Shown here one piece after another: positions 12,748-25,987 of a DNA stretch of 64,000 bases. The DNA is from Mobula hypostoma. Taxonomy: Eukaryota. The translations under genes and the position numbers were made by a program. The stretch spans positions 99,636,001-99,700,000 of the forward strand of contig NC_086108.1 in the NCBI RefSeq assembly GCF_963921235.1, in the 5' to 3' direction. The stretch's first letter is position 1, and each line of letters starts with the position of its first letter. Below the pieces are notes generated by a model that worked only from the letters and a program-made list of their open reading frames with translations, was not told where the DNA came from and searched no databases.

Positions 12748-14237
12748 GATCTCACAACTTGATCTCTTAACTCCATAGACTTCATGCCAGTTTCCTTGGT
12801 AAATACTGACGCAAAAAACCTATTTAAGATCTCCCCCATTTCCTTTGGTTCCGCACATAGCCAACCACTCTGATCTTCAAGAGGACCAATTTTATCCCTT
12901 ACAATCCTTTTGCTCTTAATATACCTGTAAAAGCTCTTTGGATTATCCTTCACTTTGACTGCCAAGGCAACCTCATGTGTTCTTTTAGCCCTCCTGATTT
13001 CTTTCTTAAGTATTTTCTTGCACTTCTTATACTCCTCAAGCACCTTATTTACTCCCTGCTTCTTATACACGTCACACAACTCTCTCTTCTTCTTTATCAG
13101 AGTTGCAATATCCCTTGAGAACCAAGGTTCCTTATTCCTATTCACTTTGCCTTTAATCCTGACAGGAAAATACAAACTCTGCACTCTCAAAATTTCTCCT
13201 TTGAAGGCTTCCCACCTACTGATCATATCCTTGCCAGAGAACAACCTGTCCCAATCCACTCTTTTTAGATCCTTTCTCATTTCTTCAAATTTGGCCTTCT
13301 TCCAGTTAAGAATCTCAACCCTAGGACCAGATCTATCCTTGTCCATGATCAAGTTGAAACTAATGGTGTTATGATCGCTGGAACCAAAGCGCTCCCCTAC
13401 ACAGACTTCTGTCACTTGAACTAACTCGTTTCCTAACAGGAGATCCAATATTGCATCCCCTCTAGTTGGTCCCTCTATATATTGATTTAGAAAACTTTCC
13501 TGAACACATTTTACAAACTCTAAACCATCTAGACCCCTAACAGTATGGGAGACCCAATCAATATATGGAAAATTAAAATCCCCTACCACCACAACTTTAT
13601 GTTTCCTGCAGTTGCCTGCTATCTCTCTGCAGATTTGCTCTTCCAATTCTCGTTGACTATTGGGTGGTCTGTAATACAATCCCACTAATATGGCCATACC
13701 TTTCCTGTTTCTCAGCTCCACCCATAAGGACTCAGTAGACAAGGCCTCTAATCTGTCCTGCCTGAGCACTGCTGTAATATTTTCCCTAACAAGCAATGCC
13801 ACTCCCCCACCTTTCATTCCTCTGCCTCGGTCACATCTGAAACATCGGAACCCTGGAATATTAAGCTGCCAGTCCTGCCCCTCCTGTAGCCAAGTTTCAC
13901 TAATTGCTATAATGTCATAATTCCACGTGTCAATCCATGCCCTCAACTCATCCGCCTTCCCCGCAATACTCCTAGCATTGAAATATATACACCGCAGAAG
14001 ATTTTTACCACCACTCACAACCTTTCTATTAGCGGATTTGCTTGAACTTTTAACATCATTTATTTTCACCCCAGCCACACTGTCAGCTCTGGCACTCTGG
14101 TTCCCATTCCCCTGCAAATTTAGTTTAAAGCCTCCCCAATAGCACTGACAAACCTCCCTGAAAGGATATTGGTCCCCCTGTAGTTCAAGTGTAACGCGTC
14201 TCTCTTGTGCAGGTCCCACCTGCCCCCGAGGTCCCAA
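12744..14237 (-). pseudogene. CR1 ORF2 N-terminal part: APE-type endonuclease plus linker
   Basis: YFNARSI, DIIAISETWL, GGGVALLV, GLYYRPP, VVGDFNFP, LDLLLGN, GSSDHN motifs; a frameshift near 12745 separates it from the RT part. Confidence 0.9.
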
Positions 14238-14384
14238 TGATCCTGAAATCTGAAACCCTGCCCCCTACACCAGTTCCTCAGCCACTTGTTCATCCTCCAG
14301 AGCATTCAAGTCATAACAAAGAAATACAATAGAATGAATGAAAAAAACACACACAAATGAAGACTGACAAACAACTAACACTTG

Positions 14385-14625
14385 AAAAATGCTGGAGGTA
14401 CCCAGCAGGTCAAACAGCATCTATGGAAGAGAACAAACAGTCGACATTTTAGGCCAAGACAAAAATTCAGGACTTACCCCTTCCTTCTCAGTCTTGAAGA
14501 ACGGTCTTGGGCTAAAATGTTGACTGTTTGTTTCTTCCATAGATGCTGTCTGACCCGCTGAATTCCTCCAGCATTTTACATGCATTGCTTGGGATTTCCA
14601 GCACCTGCAGATCCTCTTGCGTTTA
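14385..14625. mobile_element. Inverted pair of PLE terminal repeats (fold-back unit)
   Basis: 14385-14460 is the approximate reverse complement of about 14504-14577; the second arm carries a decayed hammerhead motif. Confidence 0.75.
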
Positions 14626-15059
14626 TGTTAACAAACAACCAATGTGCAAAACTGTGCAAATACAAAAATAATATTGAGAATATGAGTTGTAGAGTCTTTG
14701 AAAATGAGCTTGTTTGGGGTGGAATCAGTCCCGTGCTGGCAACTCTGACATCAGTTTGATGGGACGCATCTGCTGAGGATTAATTGGCAGCACTCTGAAA
14801 GGTGAGGGTTTGAGGAAGGGTCCTAGGTCTGAAGTATTTCTCCATCGACAGATGCTGCCTGACTAATAGCTCCTATTTTTATTTCAGGTTTTGAGTAACT
14901 GCAGGTTTTTAATTTTCATTCTAAGTTGATGGGATGGGTCTATCAATGCACAGTTGGCAGACTGATCAGAGTGATTCATATTCAGGTGCCTCTTGGAAGG
15001 GATAAAAATGAGGCAGCACAATTCTGTACTGGTTAGTTTAATAGTATTGCAGTGCCATC

Positions 15060-15420
15060 TTTACTTATTCACTTACTACCTATTAAGCCATTGGTGCTTT
15101 GGGCAGCAAGGAAGATCCTTTACCTTTGTTTGTCTTCGGCCATCTTCATACCGCCTCAGACAGATACAGAAGGATTCTTCATTGTTGTTTCTGGAACTGT
15201 TTTGTTTGACCAGTCTGGGTTGTTAGCCTTGAGCGGAAGCCCTGAACCTGGAGGACTGGTGGACCACTCTTAGTCTGGCCTCTACCGTTTGACCTGGTTG
15301 GCATGGGTGATCCTATCAAGAGTCAAATCACAAGGCCCTGATTCCAGCCAACATGGCTCGCCGGGTCATTAAGGCACGCAGTCCTCCAAACCCAACAAGG
15401 TTGTGGTCCTCTTGGAGGAC
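15060..15420 (-). mobile_element. Non-autonomous RTE-type element (5' UTR joined to 3' tail)
   Basis: Minus strand starts CCTCCAAGAGGACCACAACCTTGT..GCGTGCCTTAATGACCCG..ACCCATGCCAACCAGGTC, resembling RTE 5' UTRs as I recall them; ends in a TAAG-like tail. Confidence 0.55.
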
Positions 15421-15949
15421 AGTGCCAGAAACTCAGGTTTAATTCCCACCACTACCAGTCAGGAGTTCATACATTCTTCCCGCGAACGTGTGGGCTTCCT
15501 CCAGGTGTCCTGGCTTGACTCCACATTCCAAAGATGTACTGATTAGTAGGTTTAATGGGTGTAATTGGGCAGTACGGGCTCATTGGAGCAAAAGGACCTG
15601 TTACCATGCTGTATCTCTAAAAAAATATATTCGTGGCACTCTTCAAAGAGATCATTGGAGATCTCCACAGTGTCCCTGCCTGTGGTTATTCCTCAGTCAC
15701 AGCAATAAGTTGCTTAATGAAGAGTCATGTCCCAGAACAATGTCTGTTTATTATTCTCCATGGATATTGCCTGACCTGCTGAGTTCCTCCAGAAATTTGG
15801 GTGCTCCTCTGGATTTCCAGCATCTGCAGACTCTCTTGCATTTGTGAATAAGATGCCTTTATACATTCATTGTCCCAGTTATAGATAGGAAAGGTTAAGA
15901 GGGTTGGGTCAAATGCAGGGATATGGGACTTAAGTGGGCATCTTAGAGA

Positions 15950-16405
15950 CTCAGAATAGTCATAGAACACTACAGCACAGAAACAGCCCTTTGTCCTTTC
16001 TAGTCCATGCCAAACTATTGTTCTACCTTGTCCCATCAACCTCCATCCAGCCCATAGTCCTCCATACCCCTCTCATTCAGGTACCTATTCAAAACGTTTT
16101 TAAATGCTGAAATCAAACCCTCATCCAACAGATCCACTGGCAGTTTGTTCCGCACCCTCACTATCCTCTGCATCAAGTACCACCTCCCCAGGTTCCCCTT
16201 AAACATTTCACCTTTCACTCTTTACCTGTGATTTCTAGTTCCAATCTCACCCAACCTCAGTGTAAGAAGTCTGTTTGCAATTACCCTATATATACCTCTC
16301 GGGAATAAAGTGCCAAACTGATCAGCCTTTCCTTATAACTTGGGTCCTCAAGTCCCGAAAACATCCTTCTAAATTTTTTCTGCACCCTTTCAAACTTATT
16401 GATTG
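15950..16405 (-). mobile_element. CR1 3' fragment
   Basis: ORF 16036-16218 KGEMFKGNL..QRIVRVRNKLP; tail near 15950. Confidence 0.75.
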
Positions 16406-17549
16406 ATATTTTGGTCAGCAAGGATAAGTTGGGCCAAAGGGATTACTTCCATGCTGTATACATAATTCTTTAACTGCATGTTGTTGAGAGACATATATAT
16501 GTGTGTGCAGAATAGTTCCTTCTTAAAGCCATTAACTACACTTCAAAAGCATCGTTTGTGAGGTACTTGTCAGAATGCTAGGCCTATAAAATTTCATTCA
16601 ATTGTCTTCCTTCCTTGCCATTGTAGAATAACACAAGTTCAGAAACAATTCATGGCATGGGACAAGCATAATTGTCTTCATTAGAATGGAGACTTATGAC
16701 ATTGAGGGTCCGGTGGAGGTGGGGAACTAGTTTAGAAAGGCTTTTTCAGAAACTGCAGATAACCCAGCTCTTTGAATCTTTTAACAATTAAGCTCTGATG
16801 CAGCTGTTAGGAGTGTGACAATTTCCCCAGGATATTAAATTTGATTAGGTTCTCTGAATTGCTCCCGAATTTAAATCGAACCTTTCTTGCATAACGATAA
16901 TGAGATTTCTCTGCTCATAGGGAAGAGAGGCACATTGTTTAAAAGTTCTGGGCAATTTCTGACTTTGGAGCTGTTGAAGCAAAACAGAGGCTTGATCCAA
17001 CTTAGAAAAACCAGAAACTTCACATCAATTGCAGCAAAAAAGTAACCACTGACTCTATCCTTGGCCCTGCTATGAGCCACATCACACTTCGCTGAAAAGT
17101 TCAGGCATTTACCTCTGCACTGTTGTGTACAGTATTTGGGTGGGCTGAGAAAGATCGTACCGGAAAAAGATAAACATATGGGTATCAAGCACTTTATCTG
17201 ACTCGATGTGAATGTGTAAATGGAACTTGCGCTCTGCATGTCATTGGCTGTGGCATTCCAAAGTGCTTTACAACCACTGATGTGCTTTTATTGTGGTCAC
17301 TGCCATAGATAGTAAAACACTGCAGCCAGTTTATAGAAAGCAAAAAGAGAGCCAAAAAGGAAACTAAAATAGTCATTTGTGTACGTGGGTTCATTGTCCA
17401 TTCAGATAGCAGTGGGGAAGAAGCTGTTCCTAAAATGTTGAGTGTGTGATAAGGACTAGATAACCTTTTAATGCTGATTGAGGAATAAATATTGGCCAAA
17501 GTGTAAGCAAGAACCTTTCCTTCACAGAACTACAGAATAGTTATATGAT

Positions 17550-18230
17550 ACCTCCTTCTGTTAATTATTTTCCCTCCTCCTCCCCTCTTCTTCTTTTTCT
17601 TACTCTAGCCTCTGGGTCCCATGCTCTTTCCTTTTCTCCAATGGTCCACTCTTCTCTCCTCTCAGCTTCCTTTTTTCCAGTCCTCTAACTTTCCCACCCT
17701 CCTGGCTTCACCTGTCACCTTTTAGCTATCCACTTTCCCTGACCCCCAACTTTTTATTCTAGCTTCTTCTCCCTTCCACTTCAGACTTGAAGAAGGTCGT
17801 GGCCTGAAACGTCGACTGTTTATTTATTTCCATTGATGCTGCCTGACCTGCTGAGCTCCCCCAGCATTTTGTGTGTGTTGATTTCCAGCATCAGCAGGTT
17901 TTCTCAGGTTTAGAGCTATAACCTGTATCAGATTCCATCATCTGCAGTCATTTATTGCCTTCCCCTACAACATTCAAGCCTTTGTCACTAGTTCTGCTCC
18001 TCCCTTCTCCATCTGTCCATCACCCCTCTTCACCCGAATCCACCCATCACTTGCCCACTCTTGCTCTACCCCTTCCCCTCTCCCCTTTTTACCAGCTACA
18101 AGTATCTCTGTGTCTCAGTCCAGAGGAAAAGTCCTGATCTAAAACCTCAATTCTGTATTTCCCTCCACAGATGCTGCCTGACCTGCTGAGATCTTCCTGT
18201 TTCTTGTTATTCTAGATTCCAGCACCTACA
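17550..18230 (+). mobile_element. Two tandem PLE terminal-repeat units
   Basis: Pyrimidine-rich spacer, hammerhead-like motif and GATGCTGCCTGACCTGCTGAG terminus occur twice (motifs near 17782 and 18116). Confidence 0.7.
17782..17818 (+). ncRNA. Minimal type-I hammerhead ribozyme-like motif (variant core)
   Basis: CAGAC-TTGAAGA-AGGTCGTGGCCT-GAAA-CGTC-GACTG: stem I with one mismatch, core C3>U variant, stem II, GAAA, GUC site. Confidence 0.6.
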
Positions 18231-18779
18231 GTCTCTGTCTCCAAGGCTGCTTGAGGCCACGCCTTGAACTGAATACAAGACCAAAATTCAGATTCCAGGG
18301 GATAAGAAGGTAGACAGATTTTGCAAAGTTTTTATACTTTATGGGAAGAAAATAGTAAAAAGGGGCGTGATAGTTTGAAAAATTAGCTACCTTCATTGAG
18401 CTGTGGAAATGTTTGCAGTTTGTATGCATGCAAATAGATGTTGGATGAAATACTTCAACTGGAAATGTTTGTAAACATAGATGTGGAGATGCATAGTATC
18501 ATATCATGGACACAGACCCTTCAGCCCAACGAGTCCATGCCGACCTTATTGTCCATCCAGCTAGCCCTAATTTCCTGCATTTGGCCCATATTCCTCCAGA
18601 CCCCTCCCCTCCATGTGCCTATCCAAGTCCTTCTAAAATTATGTTTTTGTACCTTCCCCGCCCACTCCCAGTAGCAGCTCATTCCATGTACTCAGAAACC
18701 TTGGAATGAAAAGGTTGCCCATAAATTACCTTTTAAACCCTCCTTCTCTCCTCTTAAATTTAAACACAAGAACTATAGT

Positions 18780-19755
18780 GTCACAGAGTCATAAAAAAGT
18801 ACAGCACCGAAACAGGTCCTTGGCCCATCTAGTCCATGACAGACCACTTAGACTACCTACTTCCATTGACCTACACGGGAACATAGCCCTTCATATCCCG
18901 ACCATCCATGAACCTATCCAAACTTCTCTTGAACATTGAAATTGAGCTCACATTCACCACTTGTGCCAGCAGCTCATTCCACACTTTCACAACCCTCTGA
19001 GTGAAGAAGTTTTCCCTCATATTCCCCTTAAACTTTTCACCTTTCATTCTTAACCCATGACCTCTGCTTATAATCCCACCCAACCTCAGCAGAAAAAGCT
19101 TGCTTGCATTTACCCTATCTATATTCCTCATAACTTTGTATACCTCTATCAAATTTCCTCTCAATCTTCTATGTTCCAAGGAATGAAGTCCTAACCTATT
19201 TAATCTTTTCTTATAACTCAGGTCCTCCAGTTCTGGCAACTTTCTTGTAAATTTTCTCTGTACTGTTTCAACCTTATTTACATCTTTCCTGTAGAAAGGT
19301 GACCAAAACTGCACACAATACTCCAAATTAGGCCTCTCCAATGTCTTATATGACTTCGACGTAACATCCCATCTCCTGTATTCAGTACTTTGTTTTATGA
19401 AGGCCAACATGCCAAAAGTTTTCTTTACAACTCTATCAACCTGTGACGCCATTTTCAATGAATTATGGACCTGTATTCCCAGATCCCATTGCTGTACCAC
19501 ACTCCTCAGAGCAGTGCCATTCACTGTGTAAAACCTATCCTGTTGGTCTTCCCAACATGCAACACCTCCCACTTGTCTGCATTAAATTCCATCTGCCATT
19601 TTTCAGCCCATTTTTCCAAGCAACTCCAGATCCCGCTGCAAGCCATGATACCCTCCCTTGCTGTCCACTACACCCCCAATCTTGGTGTTGTCCACAAATT
19701 TGCTGTTCTGGTTAACCACATTATCATCCTGGTCATTGCTGTAGATGACAAACAA
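18780..19755 (-). mobile_element. CR1 LINE, 5'-truncated
   Basis: ORFs 19603-19824 (KFVDNTKIGGVVD) and 18871-19572 (RPNLEYCVQFWSP..NFFTQRVVKVWNEL). Confidence 0.9.
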
Positions 19756-20015
19756 GGACTCAGAGAATATGCAGATTGTGGAAATCCAGAGCAACACACA
19801 CAAAATGCTGGAGGAACTCAGCAATCAAGGCAGCATCAAGGAGGCAATGTTTTGGGCCAAGACTCTTCATCAAGACTGGGAAGGAAGGGGGAAGAAGCTA
19901 AAATAAGAAGATGGGGGAAGAAAAGAAGCACAGACTAGACAGTGATAGTTGAAGCCAGGTGAAGGGGAACGTAGGCAGATGGGGGGAGGATGATGATGTG
20001 AGAAGCTGGGAGGTG

Positions 20016-21228
20016 AGAACCTGGACAACACAAACACCTATGTCAGGATATTGTTCATCGACAAAGCTCAGCATTTAATACCATCATTCCCACAATCCTA
20101 ATTGAGAAGTTGCTGAACCTGGGCCTCTGTACCTTCCGCTGCAGTTGGATCCTTGACTTACTAACCAGAAGACCACAATCTGTGCAAATTGATGATAACA
20201 TATCCTCCTCGCTGACGGTCAACACTGGTGCACCTCAGGGGTGTGTGCTTAGCCCACTGCTCCACTCTCTGTATACACATGACTGTGTGGCTAGGCATAG
20301 TTCAAATACGAACTATAAATTTGCTGATGATACAACCATTGTTGGTAGAATCTCAGGTGGTGATGAGAGGGTGTACAGGAGTGAGATATGCCAACTAGTG
20401 GAGTGGTGTCACAGCAACAAACTAGCAGTCAACACCAGTAAGATGAAACAGTTGATTGTGGACTTCAGGAAAGGTAAGACGAGGAAACACATACCAATTC
20501 TCATCAGAGGGATCAGAAGTGGAGATAGTAAGCAGTTTCACATTCCTGGGTGTCAAGTTCTCTGAGGATCTAATCTGGTCCCAACATAACGATGTAGTTA
20601 TAAAGAAGGAGACAGTTGCTATACTTCATTAGGCGTTTGAAGAGATTTGGTATTTCAACAAATATACTCAAAAAAGTCTATAGATGTACCATGGAGAGCA
20701 TTCTGACCGGCTGCATCACTGTCTGGTGTGGTGGGGGGCGGGGGCGGCGCTACTGCACAGGACAGAAAGAAGCTGCAGAGTGTCGTAAATTTAGTGGGCT
20801 CCATCTTGGGTTCTACCCTACAAAGTACCCAGGACATCTTCAAGGAGCAGTGTCTCAGAAAGGCAGCGTCCATTATTAAGGACCTCCAGCACCCAGGACA
20901 TGCCCTTTTCTCACTGTTACCATCAGGTAGGAGGTACAGAAGCCTGAAGGCACACACTCAGCAATTCAGGAACAACTTCTTCCCCTCTGCCATCCAATTC
21001 CTAAATGGACATTGAACCTTTAGACACTACCTCACATTTTTTAATATGTAGTATTACTGTTTTTTGTGTGATTTAATCTATTCTATATATGTGTACTGTA
21101 ATTGATTGATTTATTATTTTATTTTGTGTTTTTTTCTGTTCTATGTTATGCATTGCATTGTACTGCTGTTGCTAAGTTAACAAATTTGAAGTCACATGCC
21201 GGTGATAATAAACCTGATTCTGATTCTG
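20016..21228 (+). mobile_element. Rex1/Babar LINE, 5'-truncated, inserted in a minus-strand PLE remnant (about 19765-21330)
   Basis: [55 protein letters not shown]; (ATTCTG)n tail. Confidence 0.9.
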
Positions 21229-21329
21229 ATAGATGGAAAAGGTAAAAGGCTGAAGAGAAAGGAATCTGATAAGAGAGGAGAGTGGACCATGGGAGAAAAA
21301 GGAGGGGTGACAGAGGGAGGTGAAAGGCG

Positions 21330-21972
21330 GAGGTGCAAAGAGACTTAGGAGTCCTTATGCAGGACTCCCAGAAGGTTATTTCACAGGTTGAGTCAGTGGT
21401 AAAGAAGTCAAATGCAACGTTGGCGTATTGTCAAAAGTTTATCTCAGAAATGATGTAAGGATGTATTGTCATTGGAGAGAGTGCAGAGGAGGTTCACGAG
21501 GATTACTCTGGGAATGAACGGGTTAACATATGAGGAGTATTTGTCAGCTTTGGGCCTGTATTCACTGGAATTTAGAATAATGCATGGGGATCTCATTGAA
21601 ACCTACTGAATGTTGAAAGGACTAGATAAGGTGCATGTGGAGAGGATGTTTCCTATGGTGGGGGTATTCAGAACTAGAGGGCAGAGCCTCAAATTTGAAG
21701 GCTGACCTTTTGGAACAGAGGTAAGGAGGAATGTCTTTAGCCAAAGAGTGCTGAATCTGTGCAATGTTCTTCCACAGACTACGGTGGAGGCCAAATCTGT
21801 GGGTATTTTTAAGACGGAAGTTGATGGATTCCTGATTGGTCGGGGCATCAAACGATATGTTGAGAGGGCAGGTGTATGTGGTTGAATGGGATCCGGGATC
21901 AGCCATGATGAAATAGTGGAGCAGACTCGATGGGCTGAATGGCCTATTTCTGCCCCTATGTCTTATGGTCTT
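21330..21972 (+). mobile_element. CR1 3' fragment, decayed
   Basis: CR1 C-terminal and 3' UTR sequence ending CTTATGGTCTTA. Confidence 0.75.
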
Positions 21973-24229
21973 AACGGAGGCCACAGACTGAGATGTCGGG
22001 ATTGGAATTTAAATGGTTGGCCGCTAGGAAATTCTGCTTGTTGCAGACAGTACAAAATCTATACGTCCTCAATGGTTCATACTGCTTTCTCTTCCCTATG
22101 CAATAGTACACCAGTGGGAATTCAGAAGTTAACTGAGTGACTGTGTCAGGAGCTCGAGGGAACCGTTTAGAGGATAGGTTCTCTGTTATGCTGGGTGGGC
22201 TTTGGCTATGTTTAAAATTAAACTATAGCACGCCTGACCCCCAAGTTAAGTTAATCAGGAGCCTCACTAATACTGAGTACGTCTCCAAATAGGATTAGGT
22301 TAATTGGTTTTCTAGTTTGGTTTGGCAAAACAATTCATCATTTAAACAGGGAAAAGCCAGTAATAATAATTACTTCCACGGGCTGAATGAACATATGAAG
22401 CCAGAATCTGTTAGAGTGCCGATTGTACCATTACTGGCCTGACCTGGAATACTTGGCAACAGCCCAGGGCCTTTATCCTGTCGTAGCAGTTTCTAGTACA
22501 ACCTTGGCTGATAAGCTGGATGTTTCAATAGGAACAAACCAGTTCATTTGTGCTTTTGTGAGATATACTGCTATTGAATTACATCATGGTTGATCCATAC
22601 CTGGCTCCTCTATCCTGCCTTTGTTCCATTTTCTTTAATTCCAAAGCTTCTGATACTTTCAGCAACAAATAGTTTGCTGGACAAACTCGGTGAGTCAAGC
22701 AGCATCTCTTGGAAGAAAAGAGTTTGAACATAGAACATAGTACAGTAGAGCATAGGAAACAGGCCCCTTTTGGCCCACAGTCCTGTGCAGAACAGTTGGA
22801 ACCCTCCATCAGTCCTGGGGAACTGATCCTTAACAGTGGTAAAGTGTGTCACAGCATTCCATTCAGTGGGAATGGGAGCCAGGAATGTAAAATATGACTG
22901 TGGAATCATGAGTACCACATTGTGGTATCAATGTTAAACACCTACAGGTTCACTGTTGTTGCTCAAGCCAAAAATTAATTTCCCCTATTTTAACTCCAAC
23001 TGGCTTGTTGGCAGTGCCTTTTGGTAATGTCCTCCAGAAACGAACACACATGTGATGAAGTTGTAGAGTGCTACAGAACAGAAGCAGGTAATTCAGCCCA
23101 TCTAGTCTGTGCCAAACTGTTATTCTGCCTAGTCGCACCGACCTGCACCTGGATTGTAGCCCTCCATACCTCTCCCATCCATGTATTCATCCAAATTTCT
23201 CTTAAATTTTGCAATTGAACTCCAATCCACCATTTCCCCTGGCAGGTTGCTTGATATTCGCACCATCCTTTGAGTGAAAACGTTTCTCCTTAGGTGCCCC
23301 TTATATGTTTCACTTTTCCCGCTAATTCTATAACCTCTAGTTCTAGTCTCAACCAACCTCAGTGGAAAAATTTGTCAAAAGCCATTTCCATTTCATAAAC
23401 TATGTTGCCTCTGTTTCAATGTCCTATAATGACCTTTTGATTAATGGATCTTGATGACAGATAATAGGCAAACTGGTCTACAGGTTCCTGTCCTCTGCCT
23501 CTTCACATTCATGAATCCAGGGAATCTTGGTAAATGAGAGTCACAGAGTCAGTCGCAGAGTATTATAGCAAAGAAAGAGGTTTTTAGGTCCATCCATTCC
23601 ATGCCACCCTGATCTTCAGTCTAGTCCCATCCACCTGTACCCAGACCATATCCCTCCATACCTCTCTCATCCATGTATCTATCCAAACGTCTCTTAAATG
23701 TTTCAATTGAACCTACATCTACCTCTTCCACTGGACACTCAAATTACACTCACACCACCCTCTGACTGAAGAGGTTCGCCTCAAATATTTCAACTTTCAC
23801 CTTTAACCTATGAGTCTCACCCAACCTCAGTGGAAACGGCTTGCTTTACCCGATCAATACCTATTATAATTTTCTGTACCTCAATCAAATCTCCTCCTTT
23901 CTCTTACTTTCCAGGAAATAAAGTCCTAACCTACTCAACCTTTCTCTATAATTCAGGTCCTCGTGTCCTGGCAATATCATTGTCAGTTTCTATGATGATT
24001 AGTAACTCCATTGTTAACCCAAAATTCTTGGTTATTTGTTTATAAGTAGCAGGTCTTACATGGAACAGTACCAGCACAGGAACTGGCCCCTTAGCCCACA
24101 ATATCTGTGCTGATCTTATCACTTTTAACTAATGCCATCTGCTTGGTCTATATCTATCAATTCCCTATGTATTCATGTGCCTGTCTATATGCCTTTTTAA
24201 TATTACTATTGTATTCTCACTTTCCACCC

Positions 24230-25200
24230 CACCAGCCTCCGCATCCAGCACATAATTCTCTGAAACTTCTGCTACCTCCAGTGGGATCCCACCACCAAGC
24301 ACACCTTCCCCTCCCTCCACCACTTTCTACTTTCTGCAGGGATCACTCCCGACATGACTCCCTTGTCCATTTGTCCCACCCCATTGATCTCTCTCCTGGC
24401 ACTTATCCTTGTAAGTGGAACAGGTGCTATACCTGCCCCTACACCCCATCCCTCACTACCATTCAGGGCCTTAAATAGTGCTTCCAGTGAAGTGACACCT
24501 CACCCGTGAGTCTGTTGGGATCATATACTATGTCCAGTGCTCCCAGTGTGGTCCCCTGTATATTGGTGAGACCGGATGTAGATTGGGAGACTGCTTCTCT
24601 GAGCACCTACGCTCTATCTGCCAGTAAAAGTGGGATCACCCAGTGGCCACCCATTTTAACTCCACTTCCCATTTCCATTCCACTACATCTATCCATGGCC
24701 TCTTCCTCTGTCGTGATGAGGCCACACTTAGGTTCATGATGAGGAACAACACTTTATATTCTGTTGGTGTAGCTTCCAACCTGATGGCATGAACATTGAT
24801 TTCTCAAACTTCTGGTAATGCCCCCCTCTCCTTCGCCATTTCCTATCCCCTTGTGCCCTCTCACCTTATCTCCTTGCCTGTCCATAGCCTTCCTCTGGTG
24901 CTCCTCCCCCCCTTTTATTTCTTCCATGGCCTTCTGTCTCTTTCACCAATTTATTTCCCTGCTCTTTACTTCATCCCTCCCCCTCCAGGTTTCATCTATC
25001 ACCTGGTGTTTCTCTCTCCTCCCCCCACCCCACCTCTTATATCTACTCCTCAGCTTTTTTCTCTCTAGTCCTGCCAAAGACTTTCAGCCAGAAACATTGA
25101 CTGTACTCTTTCCATAGATGCTGCTTGGCCTGCTGAGTTCCTCCAGCATTTTGTGTGTGTTGCTCAGACTTCCAGCATCTGCTGCTTTTCTCTTGTTTCT
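24230..25200 (+). mobile_element. Penelope-like element remnant (GIY-YIG region and terminus)
   Basis: DRSLHDSLVH..PGTYPCK..RCYTCPY-like segment in ORF 24107-24478; IYYVQCSQCGPLYIGET by manual translation near 24520-24575; same terminus as the other PLE copies. Confidence 0.85.
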
Positions 25201-25907
25201 GATTGTATTTGCCTCCATCACTTCCTTTGGCTGACCTTTCCATTGACTTAGCACTCTGTATAATACAAAATTGCCTCAGATATCTCTTTTAATCTTTCCC
25301 TCCCCCTCACCTTAAATCTATGCCTTGAGTATCGAACATTTCCACCTCATAAAAAAGACTTTGACTGTCTACTCGATCTAGTTCTTGCCCAATCTATTGC
25401 CAATTAACACAGTGTATGGAATAGACCTTGATAAGAAATATCCAGACCCGTGAACTTTTGCAAATCCAATACATTTTTTGAACATTTAAAGCAGCTTCAA
25501 CATCAAGTAGGTTTCAAAGAATTCAGTTGTAATTATAATATTTGAAATTATGAGGAGTATTTTCTTTAGATACTCAGCAAGTTAGCTTTGAATAAAGCCT
25601 CAGAATAACGAGATGTTCATTTGGAACTAATATGGGGAGAATTTCTTCAGCCAGAGGGTGGTGAATCTGTAGAAATTGTTGCAACAGTGGGCGGAGGAGT
25701 CCAGGTAATGGGGTTCACGTGAAGCAGAGGTCAGTAGATTCTTGAGTGGTAAGGGGCTTTAGGGTTACAGGACGAAGGTGGGAGAATGGGGTTGAAAAAA
25801 TACCTGTCATGATTAAATGATGATGCTTCCATTTAAGTTACTTCCAGTATTCTAGCTACCATAACCCTTCATGGTAGAGGATTCCAAAGATTTACCATCC
25901 TCTATGA

Positions 25908-25987
25908 CAGGGGTTCCCAACCTTTTTTATGCCATGGACCAATACCATAAAACAACGGGTCCATAGACCCCAGGTTAGGAACCTCTG
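25908..25987. mobile_element. 80-bp hAT (Charlie-type) MITE
   Basis: TIRs CAGGGGTTCCCAACC / GGTTAGGAACCTCTG; perfect 8-bp TSD CTCTATGA (25900-25907, 25988-25995). Confidence 0.9.

Larger units (their letters stand above)
11115..14305 (-). mobile_element. CR1 LINE, young, truncated within the end of ORF1
   Basis: End of the ORF1 esterase (14120-14305: WLRNWCRGQGFRFQDHWD..DALHLN), ORF2 EN plus RT, and an (ATGGTTCT)n tail at about 11115-11135. Confidence 0.95.

Noticed and set aside
16871..17239. 122-aa minus-strand ORF in unique sequence
   Set aside because: No recognisable motif or composition bias; only a small internal segment has splice signals
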